From assembly GCA_000934665.2 (NCBI GenBank), contig KZ538210.1:1-64000 (forward strand): a stretch of DNA of 64,000 nucleotides. Direction: 5' to 3'. Numbering within the stretch: position 1 is the first letter of the stretch; the number at the start of each line of letters is the position of its first letter. A program made the position numbers and the translations under genes. Positions 1 to 11,159 of this stretch are shown in pieces. This DNA is from Catajapyx aquilonaris (Eukaryota). A model generated the notes under the pieces. The model was not told where the DNA came from and made no database searches. It saw only the letters and a list, made by a program, of their open reading frames with translations.

Positions 1-149
1 GGATGACCTCGGAGGTCAATTCCAATGTGCCTATGTTATTCCCGGTAAAAAACTACCCCTGGTGATACCCCTGGGGCATATGTGGAGGCCTCCGTATCGA
101 TCTGTTTAGGTGACAAAAGACAGACATAGGTCTTAAAATATGTATTAGA
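1..149 (-). mobile_element. Probable 5' end of a non-autonomous Helitron-like repeat, truncated by the window edge
   Basis: The minus strand begins A|TCTAATACATATTTTAAGACCTATGTCTGTC, a typical insect Helitron 5' end. Internal TTCCCGGTAAAAAACTACCCCTGGT resembles TTCCTCGTAAAAAGTAACCCCCGGT in the 42.6 kb copy. Confidence 0.45.
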
Positions 150-470
150 TGTTCATCTGTAAATGCAGGAAAAATTTATGAACATGTTATGGTTGCTTTG
201 ATCATGACAGTCATCATGTTACCTGATTCAGGCAAAGAAACTTGAATTTCTTGAAACTTGCATCATTGTGTGATACAAGTTACATTTCTCTGCTGCGTGT
301 GTGACATCACGATGCTGCTCCTTCTCAATGTAAAATTTGGTAAAATCTGATTACACCATCTAGGCATACAAAGTTGATCTTCCAATTGGAGCTGCAGTGT
401 TTGTGGTGCAGTTTAAATATTTCTGTGGTGATTATGGTACATGTAATGCACATTTTGTTTTCTGTTTTAG

Positions 471-1021
471 GCATTGAGGGTGATGAAATTGTTCCTCAAG
501 TTGCTGACCTGTGTGCTGGGTTTCAACATGCTGTTGCAGTTCATTTGTGTCGCAGGTTGCAGAGAGCCATGGAATATGCTGAAATTAGGGAACTGATCTT
601 AGAAGAGAACAAAGTCCTGGTAAGTCATTAAACGATTGAAAGTCTGCGGTCTTTACTAGTAACGGCTCTGCAGGTTGTTTCCGGAGGTGTAGCATCTAAC
701 GAGTACTTGCGCTCTTCAATCAATGTAATCTGCCAGCAAAAAGGCTACAGGCTGGTATGCCCACCCCCAAAACTCTGCACAGACAACGGCGTCATGATCG
801 CCTGGAACGGCATGGAAAGGTGGCACGCCGGCATAGGCATCGAGCACGACCTGGACAAAATCGACATCCAAGCAAAGTACCTATCATCCATTCATGTAAT
901 ATGCAATATAAACACACTAATTATCTAAAATTTCAGATGCCCCCTGGGTGAAAGCCACGAAGAGGACATCAGAAGCTTAGGTATTAAATGCAAGTGGATC
1001 CAGCTAAATAAGTACATGTAA
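471..1021 (+). CDS. OSGEPL1: Mitochondrial tRNA N6-adenosine threonylcarbamoyltransferase (Kae1/TsaD/Qri7 family), last three exons; the 5' part lies outside the window
   Basis: Exons 471-619, 674-876 and 937-1021 with GT-AG introns. They give ...ADLCAGFQHAVAVHL...VVSGGVASN...CPPPKLCTDNGVMIAWNG...KCPLG..., the family C-terminal motifs (GGVAxN, CTDNGxMIA). Confidence 0.92.
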
Positions 1022-1104
1022 TACACTGTATTATTCCCTGTAACCTGCAATTGTGAATATATTTTGTTGACTCTGTTGCCCGGGAATGTATGACTCCATA
1101 CCAC

Positions 1105-1203
1105 TCCATTCATCGACGTGAATGGCGGCATCTCCATGGGAACATTGTATATTGTTGAAGGGATTTTTTATAGCGAACGAACAAACTTTGTGAAATATAT
1201 AGA
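1105..1203 (-). mobile_element. Internally deleted fragment of the Helitron-like family also at 42.1-42.7 kb and 61-62 kb
   Basis: CATCGACGTGAATGGCGGCATCTCCATGGGAACATTGTATATTGTTGAAGGGAT aligns with the reverse complement of about 61224-61280. TATAGCGAACGAACAAAC matches TATAGCGAACAAACAAAC near 42667. Confidence 0.6.
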
Positions 1204-1239
1204 CATAGGAGTTTATATCTTTTCAAAATTCCCACTTGG

Positions 1240-1705
1240 TACTAGTGGCGCTCCTAGCGACGTGTGATGGAACGAGCGTGATGAGCTGACGTCACTGAGT
1301 ACGGGGTTTGCAACGCTGGTTGCAGGGGAAGGGAAGGGAAGGGAGGGAGGGAGAGAGGAGGGTAGGAGGGGGGGGAAATAGAACGAGAGAGAGGACCGCG
1401 CCCAAGCAAAGCCTACTACCGCCGCCACTACCGGAACCCCTCCCCACAACCCGGCGGCTGCTGCTGCTCCCCCTTTCTTCCTTCAGGACTTCTAAAAAAA
1501 AAAAGGAAGAAAAAAAAAAGAACTGTGGATATCCCGTCATCAGGGGGAGCACCCGGTGGACAGACTGCAGTGCTGTGCGTGTGTTCCGTGTGTTGTTCCA
1601 TTGCTCCCCCCTCCCTCTTGCCCTGACACACTGGACCGGGAACTGTAGTGTTGTGCATTGGATTTGTCGGTGGCTGTACTACGGGCCAGGAGGACGGTGG
1701 TAAGC
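1240..1705 (+). promoter_or_regulatory. Probable promoter and non-coding first exon of the G-beta gene
   Basis: CpG-rich stretch with a perfect CRE TGACGTCA at 1287-1294, a purine-rich tract and a donor GTG|GTAAGC at 1700. No coding exon follows until the acceptor at 16367. Confidence 0.6.
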
Positions 1706-1995
1706 TATAAGGGCGGACGGACTAGGCCTGGGTCTGCATTATCACGGTTTTGGGTGTGGTTTCTGCTGGGTCGGGATTTGCGGGGGCGGGGTCCGGATAC
1801 GCTACTTTGGAGGGGAATCGGATGGTAAAAAGACGGTTGCGGCACCTTGACACGCATCGGTGCCCAAGGGTGATGCCCGATGTCACGACACACTTGGGCT
1901 TATAGCCTGTAAACACAATCACTACACTCGGTACTGCAAAGCATGAAAAGAGCATCACTACTGACGTGAGTCTTCCATGGATCATCACATATTTT

Positions 1996-2189
1996 AATGC
2001 TCTTGTTTGTTGCAAGAAAAAACCCTACAAGAGCATTAAAATGTGTAATGCTTTTTGTTACGAAAACCATTACTAGAGCATTAAAATGTGTAATGCTTTT
2101 TGTTACGAAAACCATTACTAGAGCATTAAAATGTGCAATGCTTTTTGTTGCAAAAAGCATTACAAGAACATTAAAAATGTGTAATGCTC
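1996..2189. repeat. 45-bp minisatellite, about 4 copies
   Basis: Unit AATGCTTTTTGTTACGAAAACCATTACTAGAGCATTAAAATGTGT. It explains the repetitive ORFs at 1900-2206. Confidence 0.9.
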
Positions 2190-5100
2190 CTTGGGAGACT
2201 CAGTAGTGATCCTTGCGATTTACAGCATAGTTTTGAGCATAATTGAGCCTAATCATGGTGTGCAGCTTTCTCACTGTGAGACGTGTCATAGTATCCTGTG
2301 GTATTTTGTATAAGCTTACAGGTATCTTGCCTGCATGCACTGATATCCTGCAGTAATTTCATAGATTAACGCCTCACTGGCGATGTTAGATAAGTTGTAT
2401 GTTACATTGATTAGTTGTGCACCAACAACATTTTTGTTCTGACATAAGAAACCAAGGGATTTGTTACTAGTAAATTAAATGGTAACAATATTGAAGAAAT
2501 TACCTAGTGTGGGAATGCCACTCAAGTGTGCAATGCATTAACAAGCTATTTATCCCACACTGATATGTACATTGTATCGCATTAATTTTGATGTACTTAG
2601 GGAATGAGAGTCATTATAATGGTTGAGCATAGAAATAGATGCATGGGTGGCATTAAAGGTATTGTGCGATTTGTGGAAATTCCCTTATTGTTGATCAGGG
2701 TAGTAGGCCATGACAGTAGGCAGGGTTTGGATTATGTGTCTCTGACCACCTGTAAATTCTAAAAATATACATTGTAAATCTCTATAACTACAGGATCAGT
2801 TCTCAGACAAATCCTTCCTCAGGCAAGACTGTTGCTGAGATGGTTTCTTTGATTGCCGCTCACAAAGTGCCATGGCATTTGTATTCAGCTTACATCAGTG
2901 TCAATGTTTGTATTGGAACATTGCCTTAATAATGCGTGACATAATCAGATTTTTTTTCATGAAGTACTGGAAAACAATTATTGCTGATGACCAGTTTTCT
3001 CTATACCTAAAATAAATGAACACCTCAGGAATTCAAACTGTTTTGTCTCGAAAGCAATGCCGAATGTATTCTTGGCCCACTTGTTCATTCTTTTGCTGGT
3101 GTCATCTTCTTAGGTCTTCTGGATTTTATTTTGGCCTGAACTATGCCATCACCTTTTATGGCCCACTAAATTTCAATTTTTTGCCTGATCCTAACTTCTA
3201 TGCCATTTGAAGAAAGGTCATACCACACTGAGTGAATATTTGATCGTAGAAGTTCATCAGAACTTATGGCCTTCACTGGATTACCTCAATAAGTCATATG
3301 TAAATTCATCCCTAGATGTGAGTTTCCACAAATTTAGTGGAGCATAAGGTAACGCAACCCTCAAAACAGTTTCTGATCACGGCTGCAAATTTTTTAGATA
3401 GTGATATTCAAAACCTTTGTTTGCTCACAAAATTATATTCCAAGATAGTTTCATTTTTTATGAACTTTGGGAAATTTCAAACGTAGTAATGACATCATAA
3501 TTTTCAGCCAGAATGACTTGTCAACAGTGGTACTATCAATTAAAGGCTGGTAATCTCTCTTGTGGTATTAGGTTGAATCAGAAATATATCTAATTTGTAA
3601 GTAGAAAATAGGTTTACTTATTTTCACTGTCACAATTTGCAAGTGGTTACTGTCTGATTTTTAAATATAATAGATGTTCATATCTAGTTTCCTGAATAAT
3701 TTTATTGATGAACCAGTTGTTAGAAAATAATTGCATCTGAACTTCTCACATGCTTGGCCAATTTTAATTTCATTAGAGTTTACTGTATGAATGAGTTATT
3801 GAGGCAGAGCTTTCACGTAGGAGTCCAAGTACAAAACTGGATTATGCATGTACTGTTAATCAGTATTGAAAATAAGGTGGCCATTTCCAATTTGCCAATG
3901 TGTGCACAGGATGTTTATGGAGCTAAATGATAAAAGCCTAATACTACGTGATGTTCACCACCCGGTGGAAATGTTAGCAGCTGGGCAATGACAGAAGTAT
4001 CCATAGCAATATCAGTAGCTTACAAGATAATCTTAGGTGATAAAGTGTAGTAGTAGCCTCAACCTTGGATGGGCAAGTTTTAATTCGGGCTGGTAGCTAC
4101 AAGTCTTTGTGCTATTAAAATTTTTCCTGTACAATTTGCATACCAGTACTCCTAGGTAGTTTTTAAGTGAGGATGTTTTTTTTTTTTCTATTTCTTTTCT
4201 TTTTATTTTGTAAGGTATGTCCATTGTTGCCAGCCTCCTCTTACTGCATCACCATTGTTTTTCCACCTCCCGTTTCCAGAAATTTGTGAATAAGAACCAA
4301 TCAGGGACTTGTTTGACTCTGTCATCTAGTAATTTTTAATGGAGATGTCCCTCATGACATTAGTTGGTTTCTCCTAGTTTCTTTGGGTTAATATTTTGAT
4401 TTAAATTTTAAAGAATGCCAATTTGCAATGTTTGCTCTGTTGGACACCAACAGGAGGCAGAAACAAAGTTCCATTTTCAATAGAGGCATATTTTTTTGGT
4501 AATAACTCATAACCCCACATCTACAGGGTGTTAATCCTAAGTGTGTCACCAGAAAAGGTGGTGTTAGAGGGTGCAGGTGGGAGCATTTTTTCATAAGGAA
4601 CTAGGGGTCGGAAACGCACCCTCACCGAGCTTGCACACTGCCTGCCGCAAACTTGAAAGGGCCGTAACTCTGTGAATAATCAAAAGTCACCTCACAAAGA
4701 AAGCAATAATGGACATAAATATTATTTGGATCTGAATCAGAAATTGAGACATTTAAGTAACGTGATTTCCACTGATTTTAGGGACCAACATAGCATATGC
4801 CTGCTGGATTTGGTAGTATGGGTATCCAAATCTTACTGCTAAAAAATGTGGCACCATGTTGGTTGTGCATTGTAAAACTCCATTGAAGAGATGTCGCACT
4901 TGACTATGTAACCAGTAGCATGCAATCGTCATTTTCATTAAATAGTTCAGTGAACAATGAAACAAAAAAAAAGGACATTGTTCACCATTGCTTTAAAAGC
5001 TGAAATAAGTCTTCTAAGGCCTTCTGTGACATATTTAAAGAGGAAATATTGCAAAATCACTATCATTTTCACAGCATGTGTAGCAGAGAGGAAAGCTAGG

Positions 5101-5626
5101 TTATTATTCAGTTTATATTATTACAATAAAACTTCCTTTAACAATTACATTATGGCATTGTGTGAACCTATTCGAAAATCCACCAGTATGCCGGCATCAT
5201 ACCATAATTGAAATGTCGTGACTGTGGTGTGGCAAAGCCTGCTACTGGCCCAGACATCAGTCTGTACCACAGCCTCGTATCCATTTTTATACTTTACAGC
5301 AATTAGTGTACTTAGAAGCATATTTCCTTTTTGGGTTATGGGTTGTACCATGAAGCGATCAGGGTAAGAAGGAAATTAAGAACTTTGCCAAGTCCTTGGG
5401 TAGTGGTGGGATTATTTATGACATAAGCACATGCTGTCTACATTCAGTCCTTTAAACCAAAGAGCTACATTGCGTCACACCAGCCGTGTTTTCTGAGAAT
5501 GCACAATAGTCTGCTTGCAAAGCGATTCAGGGACATGATTGGAGGGAAGAGCCAGGTGGAGGCGGACTGAATGTCAGATCATTCTTTGATTTAACTGACT
5601 GTAGTGCATGTGGTAAAAGGGGTTTT

Positions 5627-5844
5627 CAAAGGCCAGTTACACTGCTTATATTAGACACACAAGTCACATTTCGGATGCATCTTGGCCAAGCTTTTTGCCA
5701 TCTGGCAGGTGTACAGGCAACTTTGAGGTGTTGTCTCAGGCTTTAGGTCTAGGCCTAGTTATTCCCACACTTGACTAGGAACTTGTTGCTAAGATGCATC
5801 ATATGTGAGTTGCATGTCTAATCTAAACAATGCAACTGACCTTT
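5627..5844. mobile_element. Old, diverged foldback/MITE
   Basis: The left arm AAAGGCCAGTTACACTGCTTATATTAGACACACAAGTCACAT...GATGCATCTT imperfectly matches the reverse complement of the right arm (AAAGGTCAGTTGCATTGTTTAGATTAGACATGCAACTCACAT...GATGCATCTT). Confidence 0.6.
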
Positions 5845-6851
5845 AGAGGAAATTATATCTTGCATTTGGATATACGTAATTCAAGGGAATAGGTTGGCCA
5901 GCTTTTATTTTCAAATTGAAATTCTTCCAAGCTGGTGGTAGATTCATGCATAACTTGTACATTAATTTCAGAGCCATTCAGTTGCAGAGTTCATTAACCT
6001 TTGTAATGGGGTAGCGCATATGACCAACTTAAATTTAATCAGTACTTTAACTCTTGGTTAAGATTTTGGTACTCTTGGATGATTGCTCAGTTCAAGTATA
6101 AAAGAAGTATAGGGAATTGATTGATATTACTAGATTTAGGAAGGTGAAAACATTATTGTAGTTGCATCTTCATAGAATTTATGGGAAAAAATTGGTGGTT
6201 TGATTGATTGATTAGGAAATAGCCAAAGCAACTGTGGCCACATGGCTGTATTAGAAGACAGGTGGGACAGATGGAGAGAGAAACGAAGAGAAAAAAGAAG
6301 ATAGGAGAAAGACTGGTGCAATTTGTGGCATTTGTTGTTTACTCTGCGGACACGTTATATATATTTCTGTGCTAATTACCCAGGTGGTAAGTCACATCTG
6401 ACGTTCAATCTCAGGCCCTGACTGTAACATGGAAGGAGGTTAGTCTCATTCTCCCACAATTCTGACATTGCTCAGATGCTTACCTGATCTCATTCATCAT
6501 CATCATCATCATCATATTTCTCTAAAAAGGGGTAGCAATTGATGAAACAGAATATGCAAATAAAAATTAAGCAACTCAATAAATGTGATATAACAAGGAG
6601 GTATTAATACTGTTGCCAGTGCTTGGAAATTATAAATGTAACATCTGTGAACAGCCAGCATTAGGATGAAGCGCAACAAAGCCGAGGTGTGGACTTAGAA
6701 GTGTAATAAAATGTAAAAGGTGGAACAGGGATATGTGAGCCACAGTTCGAGTGCTGATTGCCAGTCATAGCACATACCTGGACTGTGCTAGTAGAGATTC
6801 ATGCATGTTCATTGTGAGGCTTCTGACAATCTGAATGTGAAATAGGTTAGC

Positions 6852-6890
6852 AGAGAGAGAGAGAAAGAGAGGGGGGGGGGGGGGGNGGAG
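6852..6890. repeat. (GA)n plus a poly-G run containing an N at 6886 (probable assembly junction)
   Basis: Seen directly: AGAGAGAGAGAGAAAGAGAGGGGGGGGGGGGGGGNGGAG. Confidence 0.85.
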
Positions 6891-7151
6891 TTAAATCAAT
6901 GGAGTAGCAAAACTTCACACTTGTTTATAAAAACAACGGCACTGCATCAGTCTGACAGTTCTCGTTAAGATTTTGGCAGTTTTGCAACTAGCCATTGCAA
7001 AGTCAAGCTGCTTGGGTCAGTACTCATTGTGACAGGAACCTTTAGGAGTTTAGGTGGACAGTCAAGTGTCATGCAATGCCCTTGGGGTCATTGAGCAACA
7101 AACTTGAAAATTCACAGGAGGCAAAAGCATAAGTCGATTATGGTGCATATA

Positions 7152-7556
7152 CAGGGTGGTCCAACTTTTTTGTCCGAACAGCTATTGACAAATTCGACCT
7201 AAGCTGCTTATGTTGTAGTGCGTTACCTGGCAACCCCGGCCGGCCGGCCAATTCAAACATCAGCGCATGGAGACGAGTGCTACTTGTTCTTTCCATTGTC
7301 ATTGGCTTGTTCTTAGTAACATCATTATTTTCCCTGCTTATCCCTTGCTACTGATGTGTAAGCAGGCAGAGACCCGTCGCTGGGTCGTCCGCGTCACTCA
7401 TTCGATTTGTAAACAGTGGCAACAATGGAAGCACTCTCCATGGGCTGATGTTTGAATTGGCCTGCCGGACAGGGTTGCCAGGTAACGCACTACAACATAA
7501 GCAGCTTAGGCCGAATTTGTCAATAGCTGTTCGGACAAAAAAGTTGGACCACCCTG
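7152..7556. mobile_element. Tc1/mariner-type MITE, 405 bp
   Basis: TA|CAGGGTGGTCCAACTTTTTTGTCCGAACAGC...GCTGTTCGGACAAAAAAGTTGGACCACCCTG|TA. Near-perfect terminal inverted repeats of about 120 bp with TA at both ends. Confidence 0.93.
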
Positions 7557-7861
7557 TATAGTCTGCATTAGTGATTGCTTATTTTGTACTGTAGTCAAAA
7601 TGTAGCAAGGCAGTCTAGTGGTGACGTTTTATGACACACATTTTCTCCACCAGAGCAATATGAAACTTGTCCTGAGAAGAATTTCTTCATTCTGACAATT
7701 TTTGGAGTAGAAAGTGTACATTCACTTGTATTGAGCATCGAGGTACCGTCATGTAGAAAAATGTGGAGACTGTCAGTTGCTGAAAGATCAAGCATTCCTT
7801 GGAGATTTCAGTCACAGAATGCTACTGAACAGAATCAAAAGTTGCACCTGAAAAACAGTTA

Positions 7862-8289
7862 CAGTGGAACCCTGATTAACCGTCACCCACCGGACCAGCA
7901 TGGTCGGAACACAATAAATGTCGAATAATCCGAGGAGTAAAGATAACTGTAATGAAACACAACAGAAAATATGAAAACATGAATGTTGTGGTTTTCCAAG
8001 GAATAGTGAAGTACTTATCTTTTACATAAGCAATCTAATGTACTGTAGTACATTACAGTATTTGATGAGAAAAATATCTATATTGCTGGAGCTGGATGGT
8101 TGGATAAACTGAGGAGTCAGTCAGATATAGTGCGGAAAACTAAACGATGATCTGACGTCATTGTCACACAACAGTATGAGTAAATAGTGTCAACAAAAAG
8201 GACATTGTTTACTCCTATTGTTGCATGAGAACAAAATGATGACGTCAGATTGTCGTTTCGTTTTCCTCACTGTAATTGGGGTTCTACTG
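7862..8289. mobile_element. pogo/Tigger-like MITE whose right TIR is interrupted by a second MITE
   Basis: TA|CAGTGGAACCCTGATTAACCG ... CAGATA[insert]ATTGGGGTTCTACTG|TA. Confidence 0.75.
8128..8272. mobile_element. 145-bp nested MITE with a TA duplication
   Basis: TA|TAGTGCGGAAAACTAAACGATGATCTGACGTCA...TGACGTCAGATTGTCGTTTCGTTTTCCTCACTG|TA. Confidence 0.8.
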
Positions 8290-8445
8290 TATTATACTTC
8301 TAGGATTTAGTTGCCTTTGCTTATGTAATTTAAAAAAAAAAAAAAGCTCTAACTAGCTGCCTCCATCTTTTTCTCATGCTAGTATAATACTTGTGCAGTA
8401 TTGCATGTATGTAGAAGCTTAAGCCAACTGCCATGGCACACTTGG

Positions 8446-8529
8446 ATATTGTGGGGTGAGAATTACAAAGTTGTAACTGCAATGAAAAGCCTATGTAGTT
8501 ACAACCTTGTAATTCTCACCCCATGATAT
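8446..8529. repeat. 84-bp palindrome/hairpin
   Basis: 36-nt arms ATATTGTGGGGTGAGAATTACAAAGTTGTAACTGCA and TGTAGTTACAACCTTGTAATTCTCACCCCATGATAT around a 12-nt loop. Confidence 0.85.
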
Positions 8530-9882
8530 GTTTTGTTGTGGACCAGTTCTGTCCATTGCATTTCAGTGCATTGTTATGCTACTTGTTGGCAGAATTTCAA
8601 GGGTTAAACAGACCAGCTGCTTTAACTTGTAATTTTAAAAATGGCCCTTTAAAAGGTGCTGGGCATTGTGGAACATGATGTCTGCTTTGAATATTTACAA
8701 ATGTGTATTTTTCTCATTGCAGGGGTTGTGGGAGCTCTCAACTTTTTAACATCCTGGGTGGTAACCCCACAGTCATGTAAGTATTGCAGAGTTAAAGGAT
8801 TGCTTGCTGAAGGCTTCTAAAATATTCGAAGCAATTTAATTCATGCTGGAGAAAATAAATTCCCGTAACAAGTAAACAATGCTGTACACATAATTGCTCA
8901 AAAAGTGCGCCAGCCTGTTGATGAACAGTATGGGAGAACCGATCAAAACTTACATCTGACTGACTGCACTTCTACTGCCATTTTGTGACAAGACAACATT
9001 ATTTGACCTTCACTGGAGATGGTGATAACTACAGTATCCTCAAGCTTCCTAGCCATTGTAGGCCTTCTCAGTTTTGTGGCTCATAACTCTGGAGGCCAGC
9101 AAGTTGCCTGAACTGCATGGAAGAGAAGGACCTAACATATGAAAGGCTGACATTCTGTCACAATGGAATGATTTGGAGAATGTATAGAGTTTGAATATGC
9201 ATGAACCCTTATGGGATTCCTGTGCTTTAGGAGGAAACTGACATGACCATCAGGTGTGTAATGAGGATTTGCGTTACGCAATTCTGAACTCATAAACAAA
9301 ATGTGACTGACTCTCCTGCATTTCAAGGTTTCATATATTTGTGCTACACTGTGCGTTTTGGAATTTAGGTCACATCCTTATCTGTTGGAATGTCACAGAT
9401 GTTACCACATCAAGATGGTATTCCTGATCTGGGATGCGCCTGGTAGGAAAAAGTGAAGGTGCATCCCCATGTGCAACTCCCCTCCCCCTCTCCGTTAAGC
9501 ATCCTCCCTCGGGATGCATATGATTGTGACACTTCTGCTGATATGGAAATGAGCTAAATTATGAAACATGCAGCATGTCCTGTATCAGAGACTTGAAGCA
9601 TACTGACATTAACCTTGCAGCCACCATGCAGTCCCACCTTGAGCCAGTTAATTCCAAAATTCTCTTGAGCAAAACTAGGTTATAAGTTGTACACTCTACT
9701 CCTGATTATCCTGGCTAATGACGGGTGTCGCCGGATAACGGGGAAATGATCCTAGACATAGTAAAAAATAGGTTTTTAATGTACTACTGTACAGAGAGTA
9801 TGTTGCTTGGTTTAATGAACATAATAAAACTTGATAGATTTCTAGGAAAAGTGTTACATTTCTTCTTTGGCGAGATAATGAC

Positions 9883-10090
9883 AATGGGTCGAATTTTCGG
9901 CCCACTGCTAGTTACTGCTTAGGGCCGGTTTCACCGAGCTCTACATGATAAAACCAGGGTTCTTTCGGAAAATCCCTACATATTTGTATGGATTTTCCTG
10001 AAGAAACCGGGTTTTATCATATACTGCGAGCTCGGTGAAACCAGCCCTAAGTTAGCAGTATCTAGCAGTGACATGTAAATTCGACCCATT
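9883..10090. mobile_element. Nested foldback elements: an inner Harbinger/Tourist-like MITE (about 9922-10047) within an outer palindrome, inside a degenerate Tigger-like remnant (about 9690-10153)
   Basis: Outer arms AATGGGTCGAATTT...CACTGCTAGTTACTGC and GCAGTATCTAGCAGTG...AAATTCGACCCATT. Inner TIRs GGGCCGGTTTCACCGAGCTC and GAGCTCGGTGAAACCAGCCC lie next to TTA/TAA. Confidence 0.8.
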
Positions 10091-11159
10091 TTCGGACTTT
10101 CTATTTTAAATGTTATTTTTTTGGCGAAGCACCAGGATAATCGGGACTACAGTCTCCTAAATTTTTCCCTCTAATTTGCATTCATATGGTTGGCATATGG
10201 CAAAATTTTATAGCAGATTTTATCAATTATTCTGACACATCACCACTGGCAACATCAACTCATTAAAAAAAATATTCCATTGTACAACATGCTGCATGAA
10301 CCTACATGAATAATTAAGTGCGACCCTAGATTGTTTACCGAGGTCGCAGATATATAACATTGTCACACGCTGACATTGAAACGACACCATTGTTTCTGGT
10401 GACAATTTCCTGCCCACTGTAATAACTGCTTGAGCTGATAAAAGTGCCCTGTAGAGGGGGGGTCACCCAGGTGAAGGTTTTGCCCCATTGTGAAACCAGT
10501 CAGTCTAGACATGGTCTTTTGAGAGAGAGCTTGTAAGAGAGGTCGTCATCTTGTTTAATTTGTGCGGTAGGTGTCGTTGGCCTAGTTTTCGGGAGTAAAG
10601 GGTTGCGCATGGTATTGCGGACAGATGGCGTTTGAGGGTATGTGTTGGTGTGGCAGGGTGGGGTGCGGGAGGCTGTAGAGAGGGAAGGGGGTGAGGGGGG
10701 TAGGTGGGGGTACTCTTGGCACAGACGCTTTTCCCGTTGCCAGGGCAACCTCCGGCTGGTTCTTCCTGCATCGGGCAGGGGCGAAAAGGGTAAAGGAGAA
10801 GGGTGTGGCGGCGGTGCCCAGGAGGGAGGCCGGGAAGTGGAAGGGGGGGGGACAAGGGGGGGGCTTTTTTTTAAAAAAAGAGGAGGACCAGACAGTGGAG
10901 TGCGGGGGAGGAAGTTGGTGCCGGGACCAAGAAAAAAAAAGTGACAATGTGCTGAATATTTAGACAGTTCCTCAGGAAAGTGTGTGTGTGTCGGTGTGTG
11001 TGGATGTGTGAAGGGGTTCTTTTTTGGCCAGAGAGGAAGTGATCCGGATTTTATAGAGGAGAAGGCGAGTGATGAATTTTTATGTGTCGTTTGTTGCGTT
11101 TTTGATAAAGTTGTCACAACTTGATTGGAAGGGGGCGTCACCGGTGATTATTTTGGCCG

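Noticed and set aside
1292..1703. Several 76-131 aa ORFs over the G-beta promoter
   Set aside because: GC-rich promoter/UTR sequence with homopolymer-derived peptides and non-ATG starts.
1996..2189. Regular palindromic repeats superficially like a CRISPR array
   Set aside because: The units are contiguous with no unique spacers, there are no cas genes, and the context is eukaryotic.
8918..8965. C/D-box-like TGATGA...CTGA pairs in introns (also near 3705)
   Set aside because: Too short for a snoRNA, with no terminal stem or recognisable guide.
10500..11141. 213-aa Pro-rich ORF and overlapping Gly-rich ORFs
   Set aside because: These are by-products of low-complexity G/C runs, with no domain and no splice support.
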